From assembly GCA_963837955.1 (NCBI GenBank), contig CAWIPH010000002.1, forward strand, positions 4,928,001-4,992,000: a stretch of 64,000 nucleotides of DNA. The letters are read 5' to 3'. The notes under the pieces were generated by a model. That model made no database searches. It was not told where the DNA came from and saw only the letters and a list, made by a program, of their open reading frames with translations. The DNA comes from an uncultured Verrucomicrobiae bacterium. Its GTDB lineage: Bacteria > Verrucomicrobiota > Verrucomicrobiia > Chthoniobacterales > JAFAMB01. Of this stretch, positions 29,853 through 40,127 are shown piece after piece. Position 1 is the stretch's first letter. Each line of letters begins with the position of its first letter. A program made the position numbers and the translations under genes.

Positions 29853-31490
29853 TTATAGCTTATGATCGGCTTTCAGTATTTCTCCGGCGCGTTCGCCGAT
29901 AATGACGCAGGGAGCCATGGTGTTACCTGTGGTCACGCGCGGCATAATGGATCCATCGGCAATGCGCAGGTTTTCGATTCCATAAACCTTGAGGTTGGCA
30001 TCAACCACCGACATGGAGTCACGTCCCATCTTGGCGGTACACGTCTGATGCCAGAAGGTAACGACCGAATCCCGGATGAAGTTTTCGAGTTCGGCCCCTT
30101 TCAAGTTACCCGGCATCACCTCGCGCTTTACGAAAGGGCGAAACACAGCCGAGTTACCTATTTCGCGGCAGAGTTGCACACCGCCTATCGCTGCCTTTAC
30201 GTCGTCCGGATGGGACATCATGTTGGTCTCGATCTGTAGAGCATCCACGGGGTTGGGCCCCGTTAGCCGGATCCTGCCTCGGCTTTTTGGACGTACGATG
30301 CCTGCGAACATTGACCAGGAGCCGGCCGGCGCGTTGTACCGGGCTAGCATTTCGGCAGCGGCAAACGGTACTTCAGTCTGGCATGTCTGAATGTCTGGCG
30401 TGTCAAGATTCGGATCGCTCTTCCAGAAGAAAGTAATAGAACCGGTGCGTGGCGGAAGCGGTTTTTGGTACTCCCAGACACAGCCAATAGCTGGGTGGTC
30501 CTGAAAATTCTGCCCCACGCCTGGAAGATGCTGCACCAGGGAAATTCCGTGACGTTCTAACTCGGCTTGGTCGCCGATGCCGGATTGCATCAGCACCTTC
30601 GGCGTATGAATAGCACCCAGTGACAGCACCACTTCAAGCCCGGCGCTGATCCGATGGGTTTTGCCGTTGTAAATACATTCCACTCCGGTCGCACGCTTAC
30701 CCGCGAAAGTTATCCGGCTGACTAATGCGTGGGTGAGCACCGTCAGATTCGGCCGGTCCATGTATGGGAAAGTATAAGAGCGAAATACAGACTGGCGCTT
30801 TCCATCGCGATTCCGAAAGTCTAGCAACGAGCAACCACCCGCACCTTCCATCATGCGACCGTTCTGATTTTCAAAAGTTGGGATCCCGACCGACCGTGTT
30901 CCTTCCAGCATGGCCAGAGCAACTGGGCTGGGATCGGGCGCTGGTTGGACAAAAACCGGCCCTCCCGTTCCGCGGTGCTTTGGGTCTGGTGCACCATGCC
31001 AGTCTTCGATGCGGCGATAGATATTCAGCACTGACTCATAGCTCCACGCGAGATCGCCGGCCTCGGATGCGAAATAGTCCCAGTCGTTCTTGTGTCCGCG
31101 CGACCAAGCCATCACATTGATACTGGATCCACCACCCAGGACCTTGCCCATATTCATTGGAATGGAGCGTCCGTTCAGATGCGGATTCGGTTGAGCCTGG
31201 AAGGCCCAATCCCGATCGCTTCCGAGATTGGTGTGCCATTGATCGGCCTCCATGACGCTGGGCACATCGTCGCTGCCGCCGGCCTCCAGCAGGAGCACGC
31301 TGACATCTGAATTTTCGGCCAGCCGGCGCGCCACTACCGAACCGGAAGAGCCAGATCCGCAGACGATGAAATCATAGTGTGGCTTTAGTTCAGAGGTAAG
31401 TTTCGCTTGATTCACGCGTACCCGCTCGGCGAAATCTGCTGCGCCGGTACTTGGTTCAAGGCTCGCTGTATTATCTGCATTGGTCTTCAT
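29853..31490 (-). CDS. GMC oxidoreductase (choline dehydrogenase-like)
   Basis: YDFIVCGSGSSGSVVARRL, GKVLGGGSSIN, GVGQNFQDH, WHQTCTAKMG, DGSIMP..GNT; ATG 31490. Confidence 0.95.
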   Translation of the reverse strand: MKTNADNTASLEPSTGAADFAERVRVNQAKLTSELKPHYDFIVCGSGSSGSVVARRLAENSDVSVLLLEAGGSDDVPSVMEADQWHTNLGSDRDWAFQAQPNPHLNGRSIPMNMGKVLGGGSSINVMAWSRGHKNDWDYFASEAGDLAWSYESVLNIYRRIEDWHGAPDPKHRGTGGPVFVQPAPDPSPVALAMLEGTRSVGIPTFENQNGRMMEGAGGCSLLDFRNRDGKRQSVFRSYTFPYMDRPNLTVLTHALVSRITFAGKRATGVECIYNGKTHRISAGLEVVLSLGAIHTPKVLMQSGIGDQAELERHGISLVQHLPGVGQNFQDHPAIGCVWEYQKPLPPRTGSITFFWKSDPNLDTPDIQTCQTEVPFAAAEMLARYNAPAGSWSMFAGIVRPKSRGRIRLTGPNPVDALQIETNMMSHPDDVKAAIGGVQLCREIGNSAVFRPFVKREVMPGNLKGAELENFIRDSVVTFWHQTCTAKMGRDSMSVVDANLKVYGIENLRIADGSIMPRVTTGNTMAPCVIIGERAGEILKADHKL

Positions 31491-31709
31491 AAATCTGCGT
31501 TTCTCCCGCAGACATTCATTGATGACATCTTGATTCTCTTGGAGCCTCGTGCGGTTCTTTGGTAGATAACTGCTCTCAGAACAAAACAACCGAGGGCTTT
31601 GAACGGCTCGGCGCTACACTGACCCGGGCCGGCCGTGGCAGACCGCGAAGGTGATTCCGATGCTTGATTGATCAAGCCGGCCGACGCTTACGTTCGCCAC
31701 CGAACATTC
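31478..31709 (-). repeat. Leader family 1, copy b (upstream of GMC oxidoreductase)
   Basis: Direct repeat of 28665-29025, including ATGAAGACCAATG. Confidence 0.9.
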
Positions 31710-32008
31710 AGTGATTATTGGACTGATGTTTGCGGCCAAACACCAAGCCCCCCGCCTCCCGCGCCCGCCGACCCACGCCTTTGCGTCAGGACCTCGTACC
31801 ATCGCAGAAGGGTAGGCCGCCGGCCTTATAGCCGAAGGTAATTGGGAACATCTGGCCTCGGTCGCGTTTTCGGCACTCGAGGGCCTGGTTGCGGAGACTG
31901 AGAGCGGCGCAGTTAAAACAACGATTGCGACAGCTCGGACAAAAAGCCGCCTGGTCCCTAAACTTTGATGTTAGTGCTCTTGACTTGGTCGAGAAGGTAA
32001 GAATTACA

Positions 32009-32938
32009 ATGAAGTACCCGCACAGTATTCCTCTCTGGCGCGCAAACGGAGAACTCTTGCCCGGCAATGTCCGTTCTCGGGTTGTGCTCTCGAGCGTTGG
32101 CACAAAATGGAACGATGTCGTGGTGGAACAGCACCTTTTTCCCAGCAGTGAACTGGCCGATGTCATGTACAAGCGGCATGTGATTTTTACCAATATTGGT
32201 CGCTCCATTACTGGTGAATTAAAGAAAGAGGGGCGGTTTCAGCGCTTCTTTAAGGCAAAAGGCGCGATTTCCTTCTTCCCGAGCCATCAGCCTTTTTCTG
32301 GCTCTCTGAAAGCAGAGAGGGGCATGTTTGCGGATGTTCTCTTTCTGGCTCTGGATCCTGCTTTCATCCACCGGACTGCTGTCGGGCTGGAGTTGGATTC
32401 AAACCGTATTGAACTGGTTGAGCAGCGACGATGTACCGACCCCACACTTCACCACATTGCTATGGCATTGCGGGCCGGAATCCAGACCGGCGATGCCCTA
32501 GACCGCATGTATGGGGAGGCACTATCTACAGCGCTCGCCGTCCACCTCCTACGCGAATATGGCGCGGCAGTGCCAGGGCCGAAGAGGCGGTATGGTGGGT
32601 TGCCGCGCGAAAAGCTGGTGCGTGCTGTGGAATATATTCAAGATCAACTGGACACAGACTTAACTGTTTCCGGGATTGCTCAGGCGGTTTACATGAGTCC
32701 CTATCACTTTACCAGGTTGTTCAAAGAGTCTACCGGCCAGTCGCCTTACCAGTATGTTGTCGATGCCAGGGTGAGAAAAGCGAAGAACCTCCTAACAACA
32801 GGCAAGTTCACCATCAGCGAAGCTGCATACCATGTCGGTTTCGTCGATCAGAGCCATCTCACACGTCATTTCAAAAGAGTTTTCGGCTTACCTCCTAAGA
32901 GGCTGCTGAGTCGCCGAAGGCCAGAGATTGTGGTCTAA
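32009..32938 (+). CDS. AraC family transcriptional regulator
   Basis: C-terminal double HTH: SPYHFTRLFKESTGQSPYQYV..R...A..VGF.DQSHLTRHFKR.FG..P. Confidence 0.93.
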   Translation: MKYPHSIPLWRANGELLPGNVRSRVVLSSVGTKWNDVVVEQHLFPSSELADVMYKRHVIFTNIGRSITGELKKEGRFQRFFKAKGAISFFPSHQPFSGSLKAERGMFADVLFLALDPAFIHRTAVGLELDSNRIELVEQRRCTDPTLHHIAMALRAGIQTGDALDRMYGEALSTALAVHLLREYGAAVPGPKRRYGGLPREKLVRAVEYIQDQLDTDLTVSGIAQAVYMSPYHFTRLFKESTGQSPYQYVVDARVRKAKNLLTTGKFTISEAAYHVGFVDQSHLTRHFKRVFGLPPKRLLSRRRPEIVV

Positions 32939-33205
32939 GAGTCTAGCGCTACCGTCCTGCGGTTAGGCACCTCTTTCCACCCTGTGCACTTGTGCATTGG
33001 GTCCGCTAATCGGCTCTGCCGGCTGATTGGTGGGAAGAAACAACTTGTGCACTTTGAGCTTTTTAAAGACCGAAGGGCACAAGTCTGAAAAAGCCGGTCA
33101 AGTAGAGGGCTGAGTCTCCTTTCTCCGCCTCGATCCAGCAAGCTGCCTCTACGGCTGGTGCCTCTACGCTGCAGACCGATACTTGAACTTGGCAGGTCTG
33201 CGGCG

Positions 33206-34009
33206 TCAATTCACCGCCGCCGCGTAACCACCATCTACGCGCAGATTGACGCCATGAATGTAGGACGCTAACGGGCTGGACAAAAATACGACGGCAGCGG
33301 CAACTTCTTCTGGTCTTCCAAAGCGTTGCAATGTGGTAGGAATAACTTTTGAGACAACATTATGCTCAATGACCGCCCAATCATCTCCCCATCCCTGCTG
33401 CTGAGCGAGTGGGCGGAGAAACACCTCCGCACCGGGTGTGACGATCGCACCTGGGCTGACGGTATTAACAGTAACCCCTGAGTTACCGACCTCTTTTGCC
33501 AAGCTTACCGTGATCAGGATATTGGCAGATTTGGTGGCCGCATAGTGAGGCATTCCGGCTGTCGGTTGGAAACCAGCGCCACTTGAGATGTTCACCACTC
33601 TTCCCCACCCATTCTTTTTCATATCAGGCACAAACGCCTGAATCATACGCACCATCGAAGCTACGTTCTGGTTATAAATCTCAACCCATTGTGCCGGCGT
33701 GGAGTCCCACCAGCCGCGCTGAGGATATACTCCGGCATTGTTAATCAGAATATCAACGGGCCCGAAGGCGTCTTTTGCAGCTTTAGCGACTTGGGCCGCC
33801 TGCTCGTCGTCAGCGAGATCACCGAGAACACTTTTTACTGCTCCCCCGTTCTCCAGGATCTCTGCCGCGACTCGTTTGGCCGCGTCCGCGTTTCTGCCAT
33901 GAATCACCACACGCGCTCCTTCTCGAGCGAGCGTTTTTGCGATGCTTTCGCCGATTCCGGCGGTGCTGCCAGTGACTAATGCTATTTTGTTTTGAAGTTG
34001 CAGGTCCAC
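33206..34009 (-). CDS. SDR oxidoreductase
   Basis: TGSTAGIG, NNAG, YAATK, GVNLRVDGG; GTG start. Confidence 0.95.
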   Translation of the reverse strand: MDLQLQNKIALVTGSTAGIGESIAKTLAREGARVVIHGRNADAAKRVAAEILENGGAVKSVLGDLADDEQAAQVAKAAKDAFGPVDILINNAGVYPQRGWWDSTPAQWVEIYNQNVASMVRMIQAFVPDMKKNGWGRVVNISSGAGFQPTAGMPHYAATKSANILITVSLAKEVGNSGVTVNTVSPGAIVTPGAEVFLRPLAQQQGWGDDWAVIEHNVVSKVIPTTLQRFGRPEEVAAAVVFLSSPLASYIHGVNLRVDGGYAAAVN

Positions 34010-34038
34010 AGGTGGGTATTGATCTGTTGTTCGTTCAG

Positions 34039-34118
34039 CGGATGGCCCGGCTGCACGTGTTTGGGAGCTACTAGAACTCAGTACCTTGAATACCCGCCGT
34101 TTTTTGTTCCGATTGCCG
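34039..34118 (-). repeat. Leader family 2, copy A (upstream of SDR)
   Basis: Minus strand cggcaatcggaacaaaaaacggcgggtattcaaggtactgagttctagtagctcccaaac..tgcagccgggccatccg. Confidence 0.9.
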
Positions 34119-34222
34119 GATTTCTTGTCTAGATGGCGGCGCGGCTACGCGAATTAGCAGGGCGATTAATGTTGGGACAATCTTCTCGTTCGGATTGCTG
34201 ACTGCCCCCGGGCACATGCGTT

Positions 34223-34993
34223 TCACTGTATCGTATAGCCGCCGTCGATCACGAGATTTTCCCCATTGATCATGGCCGCTGCGTCGTTGGCCAGAAATAA
34301 GGCACAAGCAGCAATCTCTTCCGGGTAGGCAAACCGTCCGTTCGGAATCTTCTTTTTCATCTGTTCCCCGACCTCACCGGCCCATGCCTTGCGCCCTAAC
34401 TCGGTCAGAACGACTGTCGGCGAGATGGCGTTGGTCTGAATGTTGAAACGGGCCCACTCCAGGGCGAGAACCTTGGTCATACTGATGATGGCGGCCTTGC
34501 CAGCGCAATACGCGGCGTGTTTATCCAGCGCGATAATTCCGGCTTGGGATGCCAGGTTAACAATTCTGCCGCCGCCCGTTTTCACCATCTCGCGAGCGAC
34601 ACGTTGAGCCAGAAAGAACGGTGCGCGCAGATTGATGGCCATCGTGCGATCCCAGTATTCTTCGGACAAATTCAAAGCGTCTTCCAGCAAGACAATTCCT
34701 GCGTTATTAACCAGGACATCGATTCGTCCGAAACGGTTCATCGCCGCTTCCACTACTCGGTCCCGGTCGCCTGAGCTCGTCAGGTCGGCCGTGACGGTCT
34801 CGACCCGGCTGGAGTCGGGGCAAATGTCCAGAGCAATTTTTGCGATATCCGGATTGAGGTCAGCTAAGACTAGCTTAGCGCCCTTTTCTGCAAACAGAGT
34901 CGCGATGGCTCGGCCAATTCCGGCCGCGCCACCCGTAATCAAACTCACTTTATCTGTTAAACCGAACGACTTGTCATAACCGGTAAACTCCAT
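34223..34993 (-). CDS. GolD/DthD-family polyol (D-threitol-like) dehydrogenase
   Basis: SDR with ASQAG..AL..H.AYCAGK, NAISPTVVLTELGRKAW; last gene of ABC operon. Confidence 0.85.
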   Translation of the reverse strand: MEFTGYDKSFGLTDKVSLITGGAAGIGRAIATLFAEKGAKLVLADLNPDIAKIALDICPDSSRVETVTADLTSSGDRDRVVEAAMNRFGRIDVLVNNAGIVLLEDALNLSEEYWDRTMAINLRAPFFLAQRVAREMVKTGGGRIVNLASQAGIIALDKHAAYCAGKAAIISMTKVLALEWARFNIQTNAISPTVVLTELGRKAWAGEVGEQMKKKIPNGRFAYPEEIAACALFLANDAAAMINGENLVIDGGYTIQ

Positions 34994-35054
34994 AAGCGTG
35001 TCCTCGGAGATATCGTCCGGAAAGCGGGAGCTCCCGGACGCTATCAGGTGTTAT

Positions 35055-36071
35055 CTATTTCTGGTACTGCTGGCGTTCTTTTAAGAGGGCATCTCCATTT
35101 TGCGCGGTGACCGGAGTCCATGGCACGTTATAAACCTTGTCTTTGCCACTATCCCACGGCATGTCTTTGGCGTACTGTTGCCAGACCGGAGATTGCGGCT
35201 GATACGAATCACCGAGGACGGCATGCAAAGCCAGATCCAGAGCGCCTTGGGCTTGCGCCGTCGCGTCTTGGAGAATGCTGGTCATTTCTCCGCGTTTGAC
35301 GGCCAACAACGCGTCCGTCACACCGTCGATACCCGCAACATCGAAATCACTGACATTAAGACCGGCTTGTTTGATCGCCTGGATCGCGCCCAGGGCCATC
35401 TCGTCATTCTGGCCAATCACCCCTTTGATTTGGCCTTTGTGAGATGTTAGCCAGTCTTCTATCAAGCTGAGTGCTTCGGCTCGCGACCAATTAGCGGTCT
35501 TCATCTCCAGGACCTTAATATCAGGGTGCGCATTGATCGCTTCGAGGTTCCCTTTCCGGCGCTCGATCTGAGCTGACTGCCCGATCGGTCCTTCGATGAT
35601 GACCACATTGCCCTTGTTTCCCATTTTATCGAGCACAGCCTCGGCCTCCATTTTGCCAGACAGAACGTCATTAGAACCGATGTAAGCAGTCAGCAAATCG
35701 CTATTGACGCGTGTGTTGGAACCAATCACCGGTATCTTCGCTTCGTTGGCTTTCTCCACCGCTTTGGCGCCGGCCTGGATATCAATCGGAACAAAGATGA
35801 TCGCGTCGTATTTTTGGGTGATCATCGTGTCGAACTGGTCGTTTTGCGTGTTGGCGTCGTACTTGCCATCGAACACGGTCACTTTGGCAAGACCGCTCTT
35901 TACGGCCGGATGCCGGTTCAACGCCGCGGTCCAGAGCTGCATAAACTCTGCCTTCATACCGTAAACAGCTGCGGCAATCTTTATGGGTTTGTTATCGGCG
36001 GCGTCAGTCAACGAAGTAAAGCCGCAAAACGCGGCCAACAATGCTACTAATTCTGAGACTCTTAATTTCAT
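35055..36071 (-). CDS. Polyol/sugar ABC substrate-binding protein
   Basis: Signal peptide; AVYGMKAEFMQLW, ANWSRAEAL, QNDEMALGA. Confidence 0.92.
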   Translation of the reverse strand: MKLRVSELVALLAAFCGFTSLTDAADNKPIKIAAAVYGMKAEFMQLWTAALNRHPAVKSGLAKVTVFDGKYDANTQNDQFDTMITQKYDAIIFVPIDIQAGAKAVEKANEAKIPVIGSNTRVNSDLLTAYIGSNDVLSGKMEAEAVLDKMGNKGNVVIIEGPIGQSAQIERRKGNLEAINAHPDIKVLEMKTANWSRAEALSLIEDWLTSHKGQIKGVIGQNDEMALGAIQAIKQAGLNVSDFDVAGIDGVTDALLAVKRGEMTSILQDATAQAQGALDLALHAVLGDSYQPQSPVWQQYAKDMPWDSGKDKVYNVPWTPVTAQNGDALLKERQQYQK

Positions 36072-36128
36072 CGGTTCTTCTGTGGGGTTTCTTTGCCGGT
36101 TAACCGGCGCTGCGGTACAACGGAAATT

Positions 36129-37151
36129 TCATTCCCGGGAGTGTCTCGCGGTGTCCAACAAGACGGCGCCAACGATGATGCAACCCTTCACCACCTGCTG
36201 GTAATAGGAAGAGACCCCCAGCAGATCCAAACCATTGTTGATAACGCCGATGATCAACGCTCCAAATAATGTGCCGGAGATGGTTCCGACGCCTCCGTTC
36301 AGACTAGTCCCGCCGATGACGACAGCCGCGATGGCGTCCAATTCGTACGACTGCGCAGCCTGCGGTAATCCGGATCCGGTTCGTCCGCTGAGTATGATGC
36401 CACCTAGAGCCGCGAGCACTCCGCATAGAACGTAGGCGGTTACTTTGATCTTTTTTGTTCCGATCCCGGCCGTCTTTGCGCTGCGCTCATTTCCCCCAAC
36501 CGCATAAATGTAACGACCAAGTGTGGTCTTATTCAGGACGAACCAAAGTACCACCAGGACCAGCAGAAAAATCAGGATCGGGATTGGCAACCGGAACAGT
36601 TCTTGGCCATCAAACCATTGTACCGGGAATTGGAATAGGATGCCTTCACCCAAGTAACTGAATTGCTTACTCAAGTCGGCGATCGGCTGGCCATCGCTAT
36701 AGATAAAGGTTAGGCCGCGGGCGACGCTGAGCATACCCAGAGTCGCGACGAAAGGTGGCACCGCCAAGCGCGCTACGAGTAAACCGTTGGCAAGTCCGCA
36801 TCCAAGCCCGACCATCAGTCCGGCGCAAACCGCGATCCAAGCAGGTTGCGGATCCAGCCCGTGGGCAAGGCTGGCCGAAACCAGTCCGGCATAAGCAGCA
36901 ACAGAACCCACCGACAGATCAATCCCTCGGGTCAGTACTACCAGCGTCATTCCTGACGCAAGAATTCCGTTGATCGATGTCTGCTTCAGGATGTTGACGA
37001 GATTCCCGATGGAATAAAAATTGTTATTCAGGACGGAGAGAAAGCCGCACAGGACAAAGAATGCGACCACGATTCCATACTGTTGTGAAAGGGCGCTCAG
37101 CGTGACCCAGCGAGATGGAGTTCTTTCTACGGTCGAGGAATCAGCACTCAT
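36129..37151 (-). CDS. Sugar ABC transporter permease
   Basis: GIDLSVGS, GRYIYAVGGNE, YELDAIAAVVIGGTSL.GG.G. Confidence 0.94.
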   Translation of the reverse strand: MSADSSTVERTPSRWVTLSALSQQYGIVVAFFVLCGFLSVLNNNFYSIGNLVNILKQTSINGILASGMTLVVLTRGIDLSVGSVAAYAGLVSASLAHGLDPQPAWIAVCAGLMVGLGCGLANGLLVARLAVPPFVATLGMLSVARGLTFIYSDGQPIADLSKQFSYLGEGILFQFPVQWFDGQELFRLPIPILIFLLVLVVLWFVLNKTTLGRYIYAVGGNERSAKTAGIGTKKIKVTAYVLCGVLAALGGIILSGRTGSGLPQAAQSYELDAIAAVVIGGTSLNGGVGTISGTLFGALIIGVINNGLDLLGVSSYYQQVVKGCIIVGAVLLDTARHSRE

Positions 37152-37157
37152 GGAGAT

Positions 37158-38702
37158 TTAGGAGGCAAGATGCAAAAGATCTCCCTGCGACAGTTTCGTA
37201 TTTGGCAGTTCGGCCTCTAAGCGGCCGCGCCGGAAAACGGCGATCCGGTCACTCATGCCGAGGATCTCATCGACCTCCGAAGAGACCATGAGAATGGCGC
37301 CACCAGCGTCCACAAATTCGCTCAAGAAAGCGTAGATTTCGTGTTTTGCCCCTTCGTCGATCCCTCGGGTGGGCTCGTCTAATAACAAGATCTGCGGCTG
37401 GACCTGAAGCCAGCGGCCTAGGACGACCTTTTGTTGGTTACCGCCGCTCAAATTACGCACTGGCATTCCCAAGGAGGCTGCTCGGATCCGAAGTTGAGTG
37501 ACCATATCCGCTGCGCTCGCTCGTTCCCTCCGCTCATTCATCCAACCGAACCGGCTCATGCGAGGGAGAGCGGAAAGGACCAGGTTTTCGCGAACTGACC
37601 GGCACAGAACAAGCCCGGATGCCCTGCGATCCTCAGTGACCAGTGCAAGACCAAGTTTTTTCATCTCGCGCGGATGCCGGGGCACAATCGGGCGGTCGCT
37701 TACTCTGATTTTGCCTGACGCCCTGTGGTCCAGCCCGAAGACGGCCTCCAAAAACTCGGTTCGGCCCGACCCTAGTAAGCCGTAAATTCCAACGATTTCT
37801 CCGGGATATAACGAAAGGCTAATATCCGTAAATGCCGGCGGCCGGCTCAGGTTCTTGATTTCGAGGAGCGGTGCCGAGCCTTTAGTACGATCAACCTCAG
37901 CGGTGGCAGCTCTTGAGCGGAACTGGGAGCTCAGATCCCGGCCAATGATCTGCCGTATCAGGTGGCGTCGATCGATGTCCGCCACGCGCCCGCTCTCGAT
38001 GAAACGGCCATCACGGAAGACCGTGTATTCATCGGCGACCCGGAAAATTTCGGTCAATCGATGAGAAACATAAATAATGGCGGTGCCTAACTCGGTGAGC
38101 CGGCGGATCGTTCGAAAGAGGTTTTCAGCTTCGCGTTCGCCCAGAGCTGAGGTCGGCTCATCCATGATCAGGACGCGGGCATCGAGCGTCAGCGCTTTTG
38201 CAATCTCAACCAATTGAGTTTCTGCCAGGCTTAACTCAGACATCCGCCGGCGCGGATCGATGGGAAAATCGAGCTTCGCGAGGTGTTCAGCCGCTTTCTT
38301 ATTGAGAGAAGCAAAATCGACTAGGTACCGGAGGACCTTAGGTTCGCGCCCCAGGAAGAGATTCTCAGCGACGGTCATCCCACGCACCGGGCTTAGCTCC
38401 TGGGAAATCATCGAGACACCAGCGCGCAGCGCTTGTTTTGGGGAGCGAAAATTGACTTCTCTACCGGCAAGGTGAACAACGCCGCTATCGCGAGGCACAA
38501 TCCCCATGAGGATGCTGAGGAAAGTGGTCTTGCCGGCACCGTTGCCGCCGCAAAGTGCATGAACAGAGCCGGGGCGGAGATCGATGGTCCCGTCGCGGAG
38601 GGCGGGAACACCAGAAAACGACTTCGCGACACCAGCGGCGGTCAAAAGAAAATTATTCGGGCGAGGCTGGTTTTCGGTCGCAGGCGATTGCTGGGTCGTC
38701 AC
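37158..38702 (-). CDS. Sugar ABC transporter ATP-binding protein
   Basis: [21 protein letters not shown]. Confidence 0.95.
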   Translation of the reverse strand: MTTQQSPATENQPRPNNFLLTAAGVAKSFSGVPALRDGTIDLRPGSVHALCGGNGAGKTTFLSILMGIVPRDSGVVHLAGREVNFRSPKQALRAGVSMISQELSPVRGMTVAENLFLGREPKVLRYLVDFASLNKKAAEHLAKLDFPIDPRRRMSELSLAETQLVEIAKALTLDARVLIMDEPTSALGEREAENLFRTIRRLTELGTAIIYVSHRLTEIFRVADEYTVFRDGRFIESGRVADIDRRHLIRQIIGRDLSSQFRSRAATAEVDRTKGSAPLLEIKNLSRPPAFTDISLSLYPGEIVGIYGLLGSGRTEFLEAVFGLDHRASGKIRVSDRPIVPRHPREMKKLGLALVTEDRRASGLVLCRSVRENLVLSALPRMSRFGWMNERRERASAADMVTQLRIRAASLGMPVRNLSGGNQQKVVLGRWLQVQPQILLLDEPTRGIDEGAKHEIYAFLSEFVDAGGAILMVSSEVDEILGMSDRIAVFRRGRLEAELPNTKLSQGDLLHLAS

Positions 38703-38732
38703 ACTTTGAGGGGAGGTGAGTTGCGGTCCATT

Positions 38733-38840
38733 CCAACAAATGTTTGTATTCAGCTACAATTGTAAGGGGAACAAGCGCATAATTAACCGGACGCCCCACG
38801 GATGCAAACACTTTTGTTCACATTACTAAACATTTGCTCA
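38733..38840. promoter_or_regulatory. Putative SorC-family operators in divergent promoter
   Basis: ccAACAAATGTTtg (38733), cacttTTGTTCA (to 38820), tAAACATTTGCTCA (38827). Confidence 0.5.
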
Positions 38841-38923
38841 AATCACCCGCCAGTGTCACCTGTGCAAAGATTCTTTCACCCAGCGCCCGTTTCCTTTACT
38901 TTCCTTTCCACCACTCAAAGGTC

Positions 38924-40021
38924 ATGAAAGACCGTGCAAAATCTCCCCCCTCGCGGTCACCAGGGCCGAAGCCATCAGTGCTCAAATCTGCGTATCCTGC
39001 TCTTCTGACCGAAGAGGAAGCTTTAGCCAAGGTGACGTGGCTTTATTACCACCGGAAATTGACCCAGGAACAGATCGGCCAGGAGCTCGGCCTTTCGCGA
39101 CCCAGCGTTGCCCGTTATCTCCGGCGGGCCGATGAGCAAGGCTTGGTAACCATATCTCTACGCCGGGATCTTCTTGAGCGGATGGAGCTATCAACGGCTC
39201 TCGCTCAGCAATTTAATCTTCGGGAAGTTTATGTTGTACCAACGGCAAAAGCTGACCTGCCCGCCGACGTCATGCACGCAGTCAGTAAAATGGGGGCGCT
39301 GTACCTCCAATCTAACGTCAAGCCTGATCAGATTCTGGCGGTGGCCTGGGGCAGGACCCTTTTGGAAGTTGCTAGAGCCCTGGAGAATCACCCCGTTAAA
39401 GGCCTGGTTGTCGCCCAATCGTTTGGCGGACTTAACAACGGAGAATCCTTCAATCCACTGAGAGTCACCTCGTTAGTTGCGGAGAAATTCCACGCCCGAG
39501 TTTATCATCTTTACGTCCCGGCGATAACCGCCACAAAAGAGCTTCGAGAAGTGCTCTTAGCCGATGCCGGAATCCGGTCAGCGCTTGACGTGGCCCGGCA
39601 AGCCTCCTGTTTTATGGCTGGAATCGGAATCCTGCGGAGTAGTGCCATGATCGTAGAGAGCGGGTTCCTGGATCTTCCAACGCTGGACCGGCTGAAAGCG
39701 CTCGGCGCCGTGGGCGATATTTCGGCCCGTTACTTCAATATCAAAGGGCAACACATTATCGGAGATATCGAAGACCGGATCATTGGCCTTTCGTGGGATG
39801 ATCTCGCCAAGTTAGATAACGTCGTGGCGATCGCATGTGGAACCGAGAAAACAGAGGCGATCGTCGGCGCGCTGAGAACCGGGCTCCTTCACGTGCTAAT
39901 TACCGATGATCAAACAGCGAAAGCCGTTCTCGCCTATCTGTCGGCGGCAAGGAGTGAATCGGCCTTGGAAGCAAGCCCGCTCCACGCGATGGGTGCGAAA
40001 GGGGCTGGGAACGTGCCTTAA
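38924..40021 (+). CDS. SorC/DeoR-like sugar-binding transcriptional regulator
   Basis: WLYY...TQEQI..ELGLSR.SV.RYL HTH; VAWGRT; GAVGDI; ALR.G....LITD. Confidence 0.92.
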   Translation: MKDRAKSPPSRSPGPKPSVLKSAYPALLTEEEALAKVTWLYYHRKLTQEQIGQELGLSRPSVARYLRRADEQGLVTISLRRDLLERMELSTALAQQFNLREVYVVPTAKADLPADVMHAVSKMGALYLQSNVKPDQILAVAWGRTLLEVARALENHPVKGLVVAQSFGGLNNGESFNPLRVTSLVAEKFHARVYHLYVPAITATKELREVLLADAGIRSALDVARQASCFMAGIGILRSSAMIVESGFLDLPTLDRLKALGAVGDISARYFNIKGQHIIGDIEDRIIGLSWDDLAKLDNVVAIACGTEKTEAIVGALRTGLLHVLITDDQTAKAVLAYLSAARSESALEASPLHAMGAKGAGNVP

Positions 40022-40127
40022 CGGCATGTTGCCCTAATGACACGCAGTCGAGGGGGAACGCGTCAGGAAATGTCCTGAAGAATCAGAGACTGGACATAGC
40101 GCTTTTCAACCGAGTGAGACCTTCAAA

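Noticed and set aside
39975..39984. gcccgctcca matching the tRNA-Gly 3' end (possible attR)
   Set aside because: Only 10 bp, inside a coding tail; plausible by chance in GC-rich DNA
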